Source: Candidatus Hodarchaeota archaeon
GTDB taxonomy: Archaea > Asgardarchaeota > Heimdallarchaeia > Hodarchaeales > Hodarchaeaceae
Assembly: GCA_029856365.1 (NCBI GenBank)
Contig: JAHQWW010000026.1
Span: forward strand, 1-36,878
Direction of reading: 5' to 3'
Length of the DNA stretch: 36,878 nucleotides
The notes under the pieces were generated by a model. That model ran no database searches. It saw only the letters and a program-made list of their open reading frames with translations, and was not told the DNA's origin. The translations under genes were made by a program, and so were the position numbers. Shown one piece after another: positions 1-9,218 of the stretch; positions within the stretch are counted from its first letter, which is position 1, and every line of letters begins with the position of its first letter.

Positions 1-25
1 AAGATTATACATATTTTTTATCAAA

Positions 26-538
26 TTAAGAATAAGAAGGTTTTATTGTACTTTCTACCTCTTTAGGGAGAAAATTACGCTCAAATGAAGTCAAACAGAT
101 AATACTTCTTGTTCTAGCCACGCCTTCTAAGCGACTGAGTTTAATTAAATTTTGCTCAAATGAGGCGATATTTCGTGTTCTTATCTTAATAATCACATCT
201 TCTTGCCCCGCAATATGATGAATCTCAAGTATTTCTATTTCATCCATTCGAGATAACATTTCCTCGTCAATTATGCCGTGATAAGCTAATCCTTTAGGAA
301 TTTGATATTCAAGAAAAATAAATGCTGTAATCTCTTTCCCAAGTAAATAATCGTTAGTCAAGACTGAATAGCGGATTACGTCATTATCTTCAAGATATTT
401 AATACGTTTCTGAATGGTTTGCCTTGATACTTGCATATCTTTTGCTATTTTCTGATGTGGCCATCTAGGATGCTTTTTTAGAAGAGATATGATTTTTTTA
501 TCCTTGGCATCGATTTTTACAGAATTTAATTCATTCAA
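26..538 (-). CDS. Lrp/AsnC family transcriptional regulator
   Basis: N-terminal HTH (IDAKDKKIISLL...IAKDMQVSRQTIQKRIKYLEDNDVI) and RAM domain (HHIAGQEDVIIKI...GVARTRSII). TTG start with GGTG RBS. Confidence 0.9.
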   Translation of the reverse strand: MNELNSVKIDAKDKKIISLLKKHPRWPHQKIAKDMQVSRQTIQKRIKYLEDNDVIRYSVLTNDYLLGKEITAFIFLEYQIPKGLAYHGIIDEEMLSRMDEIEILEIHHIAGQEDVIIKIRTRNIASFEQNLIKLSRLEGVARTRSIICLTSFERNFLPKEVESTIKPSYS

Positions 539-573
539 TTTATTTACACCAAAAGTAAGCCCATCGCAATATG

Positions 574-650
574 ATTATATAAATAAAATAGCAAAATTAT
601 TATAAATTTTTCGTTAATTTAACTTATTGCTATCAATAGCTTTATATAAT
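574..650. promoter_or_regulatory. Back-to-back archaeal promoters (TTTATATAAT on both strands) with internal inverted repeats
   Basis: ATTATATAAA 574-583 is the reverse complement of TTTATATAAT 641-650. Inner ATAGCAA (588-594) / TTGCTAT (627-633). Lies between divergent genes. Confidence 0.6.
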
Positions 651-688
651 TGGCATAATGTATGATTACACAGACAGGAGTTGGTAAT

Positions 689-1474
689 ATGAAGACACAA
701 AATTATCCCTCAATATGGTTTCAACAAATAGTTGAATTTGGACGTACTCGTCCTTGGGTACCACTAATTAGTCTAATATACATTCTTATGGCTTCAATTG
801 CATTAGCACGGCCTGATGTACTTCTTGTCCCCGAATTAAATATTTCAACTATCCAGTTAGGTTTATCTCTAAGTGTATTTCTTCTGTTAGTAGTTATCGG
901 TTTGTACTTACTCTCCAATGGCTACAAAACCATTTGGGGAGTTTCCTTCCTATTGTACGCCTTTTCTTTTATGGGATTTTGTCTGAAGGTCATTAATTTC
1001 CCTTTTACAGATATAAACGATCCATTAATTTTTCATTTTTGGTTATTACCTCTGATCTTCTTTACTTCTGGTGTATGGATTGGTATTAGTCCTCTTTTCT
1101 TAGAGGATACAAAAGCCACTTATCTTCCAGCCCTCTTTATCCTTTTATTAGGTGAAGGATGGTTTCTCACTGGCTTATTCATATTAGATAATGTTACATT
1201 GACACTCTTTGGATTCCTCTATGGTTTATTCATTCCAGTGGTATTATTATTCTCATATATCTGGTTTCGCTTTGGAAAAGACTCGGTTTCCCTCTCTCCT
1301 TGGCTATTATCCCTTGGTTTTCTATTTTTGGGTGTAATTACCTTTTTCTGGAGCCCATGGCTGATTGGTGATCTTGACCAGCTGTATAGCATTCTCTTCG
1401 CTCTTTTTAATGTCTCTCTTGTAGTGATCCTTAGTGGTTTTCTCATCTTGACAAAAGATCTAACAAGGATTTAG
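689..1474 (+). CDS. Polytopic membrane protein (about 8 TM), unknown function
   Basis: About 8 hydrophobic segments. Start moved from 662 to ATG 689 because GGAGTTGGT RBS precedes it and the TATA box at 641 is too close to 662. Confidence 0.75.
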   Translation: MKTQNYPSIWFQQIVEFGRTRPWVPLISLIYILMASIALARPDVLLVPELNISTIQLGLSLSVFLLLVVIGLYLLSNGYKTIWGVSFLLYAFSFMGFCLKVINFPFTDINDPLIFHFWLLPLIFFTSGVWIGISPLFLEDTKATYLPALFILLLGEGWFLTGLFILDNVTLTLFGFLYGLFIPVVLLFSYIWFRFGKDSVSLSPWLLSLGFLFLGVITFFWSPWLIGDLDQLYSILFALFNVSLVVILSGFLILTKDLTRI

Positions 1475-1505
1475 CATCTATTTTAGGATTCAAGATTATC
1501 TCTAG

Positions 1506-1559
1506 AGATTAGAGGAATTAACCGAGGGTTGACCCCTAGTCTTATTTTTTTATTTCTTC
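1506..1559 (+). terminator. Possible hairpin plus T-tract terminator
   Basis: AGATTAGAGG...CCCTAGTCT imperfect stem followed by TATTTTTTTATTTCTTC, just downstream of the membrane protein gene. Confidence 0.35.
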
Positions 1560-1830
1560 AGGTGAGACAGCAATCTATTGAAAAATTCGGGGGAGATTGG
1601 GGTAAATAGAAAAAATTGAGGAGCTGAAGAAACGTTACTATAGTCTTTAATCACTGTTTCTAAATAATCTTTGAATTCCTGTTTAGTCATCTTTACAAAC
1701 TTAACCATTCTTATTTCACCAAATCATCTTGTTGATTATCTCTTTTTCCTAATATTAATTTCATTTATTTCTAAAAAGTAATATCAAGAGGAAATGATGG
1801 TGTTTATGCAGTGCAACAAAGGAGATCTCA

Positions 1831-2502
1831 ATGATGAATGACTTGAAAATTAACTACTATCTCTCTATTCCAGGAATTATAGCTCCAATATTGAGTATCA
1901 GTCTAGTTATAGTTTTAGGATATTTTGAGCCAGGTTATAATCATTTTACGACTACAATGAGTGTTTTAGGAGGAGTAAAAGGAATTAGAGGTGATATTTT
2001 CAACATTCGTATTGCTGTAACCGGTATATTGATAATATTTTTTGCCATCGGTCTCCATAGAAGCCTTAATGAAGGAAAAGGATCCAAAATAGGGCCTTTA
2101 ATGGTCATTCTTGGCGGATTAGGATTAATTAGCGCAGCTATATTTCATTGTAATCAAGATTGTGTTAATAATCCTGATTTATTTATACAAAGTGGAACAG
2201 GTATTTTACATGGAGTTTCTGCATTTATTATAGGAATGGATTTAGCTGTAGCACCTATAGCGGTCTATTTTAGACTTAAGAAAGACCCTAAATGAAAAAA
2301 ATACACAGAATATACATTAGCAACGTTCATAATTTCTAATCTTACAGGTCTTACATTCTGGATAATACGTCTTACTGAGTATAGAATATATGAATTAGAA
2401 GGACTGGTTCAAAGACTGGGAATATTATTTGCATTGATTTGGATTGGGGTGATTTCGGTGCAAATGCATGTGTCAAATCGATCTATATTTCAAAAAGCTT
2501 AA
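1831..2502 (+). pseudogene. DUF998 family membrane protein interrupted by in-frame TGA (2293-2295)
   Basis: PGYNHFTTTMSVLG and HGVSAF motifs. The frame stays open after TGA (KKDPK*KKYTEY...EGLVQRLGILFALIWIGVISV) to TAA 2500-2502 and contains the GLxQR motif typical of DUF998 C-termini. Confidence 0.8.
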
Positions 2503-2694
2503 ATTTAGTCAATTAAGAGAGGATCTCTCATTAAGAATTCAATATGTTTTCATTATGTTTGCATTAATCATAATTCGTATATAAATCAGTGTAAAAACGT
2601 GTAGACAAGCATTTACAGACTCTTCTGTCATTTTTGAGACTTAGAAACACATTTCAATTTATAAAGAGATATTAATTGAGAAAGAGACTGTGGT

Positions 2695-3624
2695 TTGATC
2701 ATAATGGAAAGATTAGGTTTTGCTTGTGTTTCCAATGTTTTAGATGTTAAAACTCAAATTTTAGTAGCAAGTATTCGTCAGTTTGCTGGACTCTTATCTG
2801 ATTCTCCCATATGGGTGTTTATTCCGAGATCAGAAAATAGAATCCCCCAGAAAATAAAAGAACGGTTCTTATCATTGGATGTTAAGATTATTCCGTTTTC
2901 AATCAATCCTGAATTAAGAAAGTTTCCTTTTACAACCTATGTTCATGCCACAGCTACAGCTGAGTTATTTGTAAAGGATAAAACTGAGCTTCTTGCCTGG
3001 CTTCTTCCTGATACACTGATAATTAACACACCAAAACATTTTCTACTGGAGAAAAAGAAAAACTTAGGATATCGGCCAGTTCACCACACTTTAGTTGGAT
3101 CCATTTATACAGAGTCAATTGATCCATTTTGGGATTTAATCTATCGTAAATGTAATGTAAGCGAAGAAATGATCTTTCCAATGAAAACCCATGTTGATCG
3201 TAACATTCTTCGCCCTTACTTTAATGCAGGATTTCTGATTGTGAGGCCTGAGAAAGGTTTACTTCAATCTTGGTGGGAATGTTTCAAAGAATCATATTGT
3301 GACCCATCATTTGAGCAATTTTATCAAAAAGATGAACGCTATAGTATATTCATGCATCAAGCAATTTTAGCTGGTGTTATTCTTTCGACTATGAAAAGAA
3401 AGGAACTCCAGGAACTTCCATTTAGTTATAATTATCCACTTCATTTGTACCATGAAAGTCCGAAGGAATGTCGTCCTCAAAACATTAATGAACTGATAAC
3501 AGCTCGGTATGAAGAAGTAGAATGGTTAGATAAAGTTCCAATTCAGGAACCACTGAAAAATTGGATTACAGAGCAGATTAAAGCTTTCCCTCAACAATCA
3601 ATTGACCCAAGTGACTCAAAATGA
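2695..3624 (+). CDS. GT-A fold (GT8-like) glycosyltransferase-related protein
   Basis: PYFNAGFLIV, HQAILAG and LPFSYNYPLH resemble GT8 motifs. The DxD position reads LPDT. Likely start ATG 2704. Confidence 0.6.
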   Translation: MIIMERLGFACVSNVLDVKTQILVASIRQFAGLLSDSPIWVFIPRSENRIPQKIKERFLSLDVKIIPFSINPELRKFPFTTYVHATATAELFVKDKTELLAWLLPDTLIINTPKHFLLEKKKNLGYRPVHHTLVGSIYTESIDPFWDLIYRKCNVSEEMIFPMKTHVDRNILRPYFNAGFLIVRPEKGLLQSWWECFKESYCDPSFEQFYQKDERYSIFMHQAILAGVILSTMKRKELQELPFSYNYPLHLYHESPKECRPQNINELITARYEEVEWLDKVPIQEPLKNWITEQIKAFPQQSIDPSDSK

Positions 3625-4199
3625 ACTCAATTAATAAGGTAAAATTTGGAAAAGTACCACTTGTATTCCCCATCCCCATAATCCTAGCTGGGGCACTTGT
3701 TCGTGGTAAACCGAATTTTGAAACATTGGGAGATGTTGGAATAATGGGGATAAAACCTCCTATTGTCTTCATCTCTTCTGGTCAAGATCACTATACAAAT
3801 ATAGGGATTCTTGAACATGAAACATTCAGCATTAATTTTCCCTCCACTAAACTTCTTTCAAAGACTGATTATTGTGGAATTGTTTCTGGACATGATGTCG
3901 ATAAATCTCAACTGTTCAATATTTTTTTTGGGGAATTAGAAACAGCTCCTATGATTCGGGAATGTCCAGTGAATTTGGAATGCAAAGTCATAAAAGAGTT
4001 CTCGATTCAACATAGGCATATCTTTATAGGAGATGTCACACAAGCTTATGTCAATGAAGAATTTGTCATTAAGAAGGAAGACCGTCCGAGGATTGTAGAT
4101 ATAAAAAACCTAGATCCTATAATTTACGGATTAGATAATCGATATTACAAGATTGGCGAGCGTATTGGCGTTGGATACCAAGAAGGCAAGAATTTATGA
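3621..4199 (+). CDS. Flavin reductase family (FMN-binding split barrel) protein
   Basis: HYTNIGILEHETFSINFP, DYCGIVSGHDVDK, APMIRECPVNLECKV, HIFIGDV. ATGA overlap with upstream stop. Confidence 0.9.
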   Translation: MNSINKVKFGKVPLVFPIPIILAGALVRGKPNFETLGDVGIMGIKPPIVFISSGQDHYTNIGILEHETFSINFPSTKLLSKTDYCGIVSGHDVDKSQLFNIFFGELETAPMIRECPVNLECKVIKEFSIQHRHIFIGDVTQAYVNEEFVIKKEDRPRIVDIKNLDPIIYGLDNRYYKIGERIGVGYQEGKNL

Positions 4200-4628
4200 C
4201 GATAGATACTTGTCCTCATCATTAGATTTATTTTTTGATTTTTTATTCAACTCGTACTTATTAAAAGCGGTCATAAAAGCCTCAGGACTCGTTAATTTAA
4301 TTCGATCGGTACGCATTTCGTTCAATCTACCTTGTCATTCTTAAACTAATCGGATAATCCTCGAGAGTAAAAGCAAATATAACATCCAGGGAAGAGAACA
4401 AAAAAATTTCTTATGAATCATCTTTTAACTATTTGTAAGGCACAATCATAAAAGAATAAGTCGTCATTCAATATTTCCTTATACCTTTTATTGTGTTAGA
4501 GATCTTGTTGGTCTTGTAACCTTTATGAGATCAAATTAAAATGAAATTTAACTGCCTTATTTTCATTTTTCTTGAAATAATGAACCCTACTCACAAAAAG
4601 GGTTACTAACACTACTAATTGCTTCTAG

Positions 4629-5426
4629 TTACAGAAATGTGAGTAGGAATAATGTTGTAATACCTACTGAAATGAAAATTAATCCCATGGCAATCATTAG
4701 ACTATTCTCATCTAATTTATGAGAAATAAATATGGAACCAAAACCACCACCAAGAATCGCGCCGAGACTAACTATAATCCCATATTCCAGATTTATGTGA
4801 CCCTGAATTGAATAACCAATTACTCCAGATAGAGCAATAATCGCCATAATTGCAGTAGCTGTTCCAATAGCTGTGTGAGGAGGGTACTGAAAAATAATTA
4901 ATAAAACGAAAACAATCATCATTCCTCCTCCTGCTCCAAATATACCACTCATCAAACCAATAACCAATCCAATCATTGATATAATTACCCTTTTTTGTCT
5001 TTCTGATTTAAAATTGATACATTGTGATTCTATTGCTGTTTCTTCATTCTTAATCTTTCTAATAGCTCTAAATAGTATTACAACGCCGATGGCGATAAAA
5101 ATAATACAGACCGAGGAGCTCAAGGAAGCCTCATTAGTCTTTACAGCGATGAGAACTCCTAGTTGAGAGCCCACTAGAGCACTGAGAATTAATAAAAGAC
5201 TTGCGGTTAAATCAACTGTTTTTTTACGAAAAAAAGATAGTGCAACAACTGACGCGCCAATCATATCAATAAAAAGGCTTGTGCCGATTGCAGAATAGAT
5301 AGGTGTTGAATAAAACAAGATAAGAATAGGAATAACAAAAACTGATCCACTTACTCCAATAAGACTAATAATGAGTCCTACGGCTAATCCCAATATTATC
5401 AGTCCTATGATAAGTAAAAGATCCAA
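4629..5426 (-). CDS. Sulfite exporter TauE/SafE (TSUP) family membrane protein
   Basis: Two homologous halves: GVSGSVFVIP...AIGTSL and GIFGAGGGMMIV...AIGTA. Confidence 0.9.
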   Translation of the reverse strand: MDLLLIIGLIILGLAVGLIISLIGVSGSVFVIPILILFYSTPIYSAIGTSLFIDMIGASVVALSFFRKKTVDLTASLLLILSALVGSQLGVLIAVKTNEASLSSSVCIIFIAIGVVILFRAIRKIKNEETAIESQCINFKSERQKRVIISMIGLVIGLMSGIFGAGGGMMIVFVLLIIFQYPPHTAIGTATAIMAIIALSGVIGYSIQGHINLEYGIIVSLGAILGGGFGSIFISHKLDENSLMIAMGLIFISVGITTLFLLTFL

Positions 5427-5692
5427 TTTACTTTCACCATACCTTTAAGTATTGTAGAAGCATTCTTATAATAAATACAATCGGTTTTTCCTCATTGGAA
5501 AGACCCTTCTCACTTTAAATACTTAAGAAGATCTCGAAATAAATGTCTTGAAAGGTTAAAATGTTCGATAATGCTATTATTATCATATGATTTATAAGCC
5601 TGAATGCTATTTTTATTCATAGACAATTACTGTTTGCAAAAGTGACATTATTAGCATCCCGAACACTTGAAGTATCTTAATAAGAGCAAAGA

Positions 5693-6178
5693 TTGATAGG
5701 AATAGTCCTTATGTCTAATTTCAAACAATTTGAGTATAATGGTAAGACTAAAACACCTGTAAAAGAAATTAAGGTTCAGCAACAATGGCTAAAAGATCGT
5801 TTGAAGTACATTCAAAAGGTCGAAGAATATAATCAACTCATTAAAGAAACCTTTGTATGCCACAAATGTGGAAAAAGGATAACAAAACCTTATTGGGTTT
5901 ACACTAAAGAAATTCACTCTTCAGATGAGAATACAAAAATACGTTATTATCACTCCAAACGTCAATGTAATCCCCAATATAGCAGAATTTGTCTTTATTG
6001 TGGGAAAAACTTTCGTATAAAGCGAAAGACCCAAAAGCTCTGTTCTAAGAAATGTTCGGTAAATTATATGACTAGTCCGATCCTCATTAGGCAATGTTTC
6101 GCTTGTGGGAAAGAATTCAAAATTCGTTTAATACAGAATAACCAAAATAATGAAAAATATTGCCCAAGATGTCGCTAG
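5693..6178 (+). CDS. Basic multi-zinc-finger protein
   Basis: CHKC, HSKRQC, CLYCGKNF...LCSKKC, CFACGKEF...YCPRC. Lys/Arg-rich. Likely start ATG 5711. Confidence 0.7.
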   Translation: MIGIVLMSNFKQFEYNGKTKTPVKEIKVQQQWLKDRLKYIQKVEEYNQLIKETFVCHKCGKRITKPYWVYTKEIHSSDENTKIRYYHSKRQCNPQYSRICLYCGKNFRIKRKTQKLCSKKCSVNYMTSPILIRQCFACGKEFKIRLIQNNQNNEKYCPRCR

Positions 6179-6195
6179 TTACATATACAATCGGG

Positions 6196-7710
6196 TTAGG
6201 CGGATTCCTGAACAGGAATGAATATTTCAAAGAATGTACTTTTTTTATCTGATTGAACAGTAATATACCAACCATGAGCTTCGATTATTTTTCTCACAAT
6301 TGAAAGACCAAGGCCCATACTTTCCTTTTGGGTTGTAAAACCATAATTAAAGATTCGTTTTTGAATTTCAGGTGGAATTGGGATCCCATCATTGATGATA
6401 AGAATTTTCAAGAATTTTTCACCTTCCTCCAGCTTTATCATGATTTTATGGGGCTTGCCGTGAATTAAAGCATTCTCAAACAAGTTCTTAAAGACCTGAG
6501 CTAGTCTTTCTTGATCACATAGAATTGTTGGCAATTTATCATGAGTAAAGGCGATATTCTTAGGAATAATAGATTCGGCAACACTTTCAATCAGAAAGTT
6601 TAAATCTACATTTTTATCTTTTTTAATAGCTAATCCTGCATCCGCTAAAGTGAGAGAACGTGTCAATAAACTCTTCATATACTCGATTTGTTTGCTAATG
6701 ATGTGAGTCTCATCATATTCAAGATCAAGTAATTGAGTATAGCCTTCAATACTGGTTAAGCAGTTACTTAAATCATGAGCAATAAAATGTGCAAATTCAC
6801 TTAATTCTTCCTTTTGCCTTCTGAGTTTCTTCTCAACTTGCTTTAACCTTGTAATGTCAATTACTGAAACAATGATTTTTTCCAGAGTTTCTTCGTGACC
6901 AGAAACCACAGATAATCTTACAATGCAATCTATTTTTTCTCCTGTAAGTTTATATCCTGGAAATTCATTTTGATATGTAGTTTTACCATTAAAAAGTGCG
7001 ACCAGCTCCTCCTTGAATAAAGCTGTCGCTTCTTCATCGAAAAAAGAATCCAAACCTTCAAAAAACTCCGTTATATTTTTCGCTTTGTACAATTTCAATG
7101 TAGTGTAGTTAACATTTACTATCTTGACCATTTGTGAAAGCTTTTCTACTTCATGGGGATGATTGTCAAGATATTGGTGTAAATCGCTAATACCCTGGGT
7201 TTTTAGTTGGTCGAAATAACGTTTGACATCCGAGAAATCTTCCTCCCACAGGCTAACTGGTGATTCATCAAAGATGATCCTATATCTTTCCTCGCTTTCA
7301 ATTAAGGCCTTTTCCATTCGCTTGTGTTTGACTACTTGCTTAATAACATGACGGAGCTCCCCAAATTGACTCTCAGTATCGTAACTTTTCTCAATATAAT
7401 AGTTTGCTCCGAGGTTTAATGCATTGATTGCAACTTTTTCTCGGCCTCGACCGGTAAAAATAATGACTGGAATGTCAATCTTTTGATCCCTTAATTTGCT
7501 TAATAGTTCCAAGCCGTCCATACCAGGCATTTGATAATCTGTAACTATAACATCAAAGTTTTTCTCTTCTAATTGTTTAAAAACCTCCAATGATTCAGAA
7601 AGAGGATGAACATGTAGCTCATTATCCGCTATCATACTCATATACTTTTTTGTTAAATACAGAAAGCTTGGTTCATCGTCAACATGAAGCACATTTATTA
7701 CTTTTTCCAT
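6196..7710 (-). CDS. Hybrid REC-PAS-histidine kinase
   Basis: Receiver (VLHVDDE, TDYQMPGMDG), PAS (YRIIFDESPVSLWEED), H-box AHDLSN, N-box NLFENALIHG, DGIPIP, GLGLSIV. Confidence 0.93.
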   Translation of the reverse strand: MEKVINVLHVDDEPSFLYLTKKYMSMIADNELHVHPLSESLEVFKQLEEKNFDVIVTDYQMPGMDGLELLSKLRDQKIDIPVIIFTGRGREKVAINALNLGANYYIEKSYDTESQFGELRHVIKQVVKHKRMEKALIESEERYRIIFDESPVSLWEEDFSDVKRYFDQLKTQGISDLHQYLDNHPHEVEKLSQMVKIVNVNYTTLKLYKAKNITEFFEGLDSFFDEEATALFKEELVALFNGKTTYQNEFPGYKLTGEKIDCIVRLSVVSGHEETLEKIIVSVIDITRLKQVEKKLRRQKEELSEFAHFIAHDLSNCLTSIEGYTQLLDLEYDETHIISKQIEYMKSLLTRSLTLADAGLAIKKDKNVDLNFLIESVAESIIPKNIAFTHDKLPTILCDQERLAQVFKNLFENALIHGKPHKIMIKLEEGEKFLKILIINDGIPIPPEIQKRIFNYGFTTQKESMGLGLSIVRKIIEAHGWYITVQSDKKSTFFEIFIPVQESA

Positions 7711-7904
7711 AAAATGTTCCTCTTCAACTATATTCAGAAGATTGGACTTACTAACCTTGCACCTTTATATTGAGAAGACTGAATTTATCCCTTAAAAAAT
7801 GTAGACAAAAGAAATAATTCATATTATTAGATTTTACTCAGATCTTCCCCAAAATATAGATAATTGGCTATTAGTTTCACTACTATTAGTTCTTAGCTAG
7901 GAGA

Positions 7905-7925
7905 ACATACAAATCGTTTGTATGT
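7905..7925. promoter_or_regulatory. Perfect 9-bp inverted repeat, candidate operator
   Basis: ACATACAAA-TCG-TTTGTATGT in the divergent kinase/gelsolin intergenic region. Confidence 0.5.
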
Positions 7926-8230
7926 CTTACAATGATAAGCTGATTCAATCAAAGCGTGAGATTCGATGTTAAGAACGAAAAAAAATAGTTCTATGGATAG
8001 GAGAAATATCGGAAGTAGATTTGACAGAAAAACACTGAAATTTTCTTTAATTTGTAATCCTTTTTCCCAATGGACTCTTTTTATTACCTTTTTTATATCA
8101 TATTATTTTAATGTGTTATTTCTTAATATCATCATTTGTATTTCATTGATGTTTTGATTTTATATAAATATTGGACATTCATCTTTAGAATAAGTAGTCT
8201 CTGAATTTCTAGGAAATAGAGGAAATATAC

Positions 8231-8593
8231 TTGTTTCAAAATATTCCCATCTGCAAATCAAGTGAACGTGAGAAGTTTAACCAACAGAAAGAAATTGAAA
8301 CATGTGATATTCATTTTTTTCGACTGAAACCTAATTCTGAGGAATTGCAATTATTGTCTTGTTATTCGGAATCTTTACAAGATAATGAAATCTACATCCT
8401 CATAAATGATGCTTTAAAAAAAGTATTTTTATGGATTGGATCTGCTGTCTCTGTTCGTTCCAGATTTATTGGAGCTCGTTCAGCGGGATTAATTCAAAGA
8501 AAAAGAGGGATAGATTATCGGGTGGTGAGTGTAGAACAACGCCATGAAACACCAGAGTTTCATGACACTTTATCATTGATTGAATTTAAGTAA
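8231..8593 (+). CDS. Single gelsolin/villin-homology domain protein
   Basis: LQDNEIYILIND...KVFLWIGSAVSVRSRFIGARSA...VVSVEQRHETPEF matches the gelsolin repeat pattern (L.s.d.yIl....iy.W.G...s.....a...A....v.eG.E...F). TATA TTTATATAAA at about 8158. Confidence 0.8.
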   Translation: MFQNIPICKSSEREKFNQQKEIETCDIHFFRLKPNSEELQLLSCYSESLQDNEIYILINDALKKVFLWIGSAVSVRSRFIGARSAGLIQRKRGIDYRVVSVEQRHETPEFHDTLSLIEFK

Positions 8594-8700
8594 AAAATCC
8601 AATATATCATTAATGAGGTGGAAACTTTGCTGATTTCTTGATACCACTGTAAAAAATTTCATACAATCTTTCACTAGTTATCTGTTCATAATTCTCAAAT

Positions 8701-9024
8701 TCAGCGACGTTTGGCCTCGGAGAGTTCCAATGCCTTACCTTGAGTGCAATAATATTCCCAGCGGAGAGACATAGTTTTTGTTATAGGACATTGTCCACAT
8801 AAACAGCCTTTGTGCTCCTGTATAATCGTACTTTTCCCTAAGGTACAAAACGCAAGATTAGATTCTCCTGTTCCTTGATTAGTAGGGCATTTACCACAAT
8901 AATCTTTACAGATATACAATACATTTTCAGCTGCTCTCTCTCGATCCGTATCAGACATCACCGCCAACATCTTAAATTTTTCTTCAAATGTAGCTGTAGG
9001 AAATTTTTCTTCATTATTCGTCAT
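8701..9024 (-). CDS. DUF2769 family cysteine-rich protein
   Basis: CxxxCxxCPT...FCxxGKS...GCLCxxCPI...YYCxxG pattern. Confidence 0.8.
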   Translation of the reverse strand: MTNNEEKFPTATFEEKFKMLAVMSDTDRERAAENVLYICKDYCGKCPTNQGTGESNLAFCTLGKSTIIQEHKGCLCGQCPITKTMSLRWEYYCTQGKALELSEAKRR

Positions 9025-9127
9025 TCAAAGCACCGTTTATGATAACTATTATTCCTTTTTCTGGATTTATTACTATTTTTGCGAATTTCTATTTATGTAC
9101 CTAGGTTGTAGCACCTACCTTTTTTTC

Positions 9128-9218
9128 GTGACCAATATCATACGACATTTGTCGATTTGATGCCCTCAGGTTGTTTCTTGGTGTAATCTTCTGAGGATCG
9201 TCAGTATTTAATGGTCAT
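9128..9218. ncRNA. Candidate structured RNA (three-way junction), unassigned
   Basis: GTGACCA/TGGTCAT plus ATAC/GTAT closing stem, CGACA-TT-TGTCG hairpin, TGATG-C-CCTCAGG/TCTGAGG-AT-CGTCA stem. Folded by eye only. Confidence 0.35.

Noticed and set aside
2293-2295. Selenocysteine codon
   Set aside because: The position aligns with a Trp-like loop of a non-redox membrane protein, and no SECIS-like element was seen.
4153-4344. Short ORFs on both strands (63 aa plus; about 40 aa minus, MRTDRIKL...)
   Set aside because: No RBS or family motif, and the upstream frame is closed by stops. Cannot be supported.
7966-8157. 63-aa ORF
   Set aside because: Low-complexity T-rich intergenic sequence with no motif.
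9128-9218. Active hammerhead ribozyme or C/D box sRNA
   Set aside because: CUGACGA is present on the minus strand but GAAA is missing. The TGATG..CTGA spacing is too short and the C box is imperfect. Kept only as an unassigned structure.
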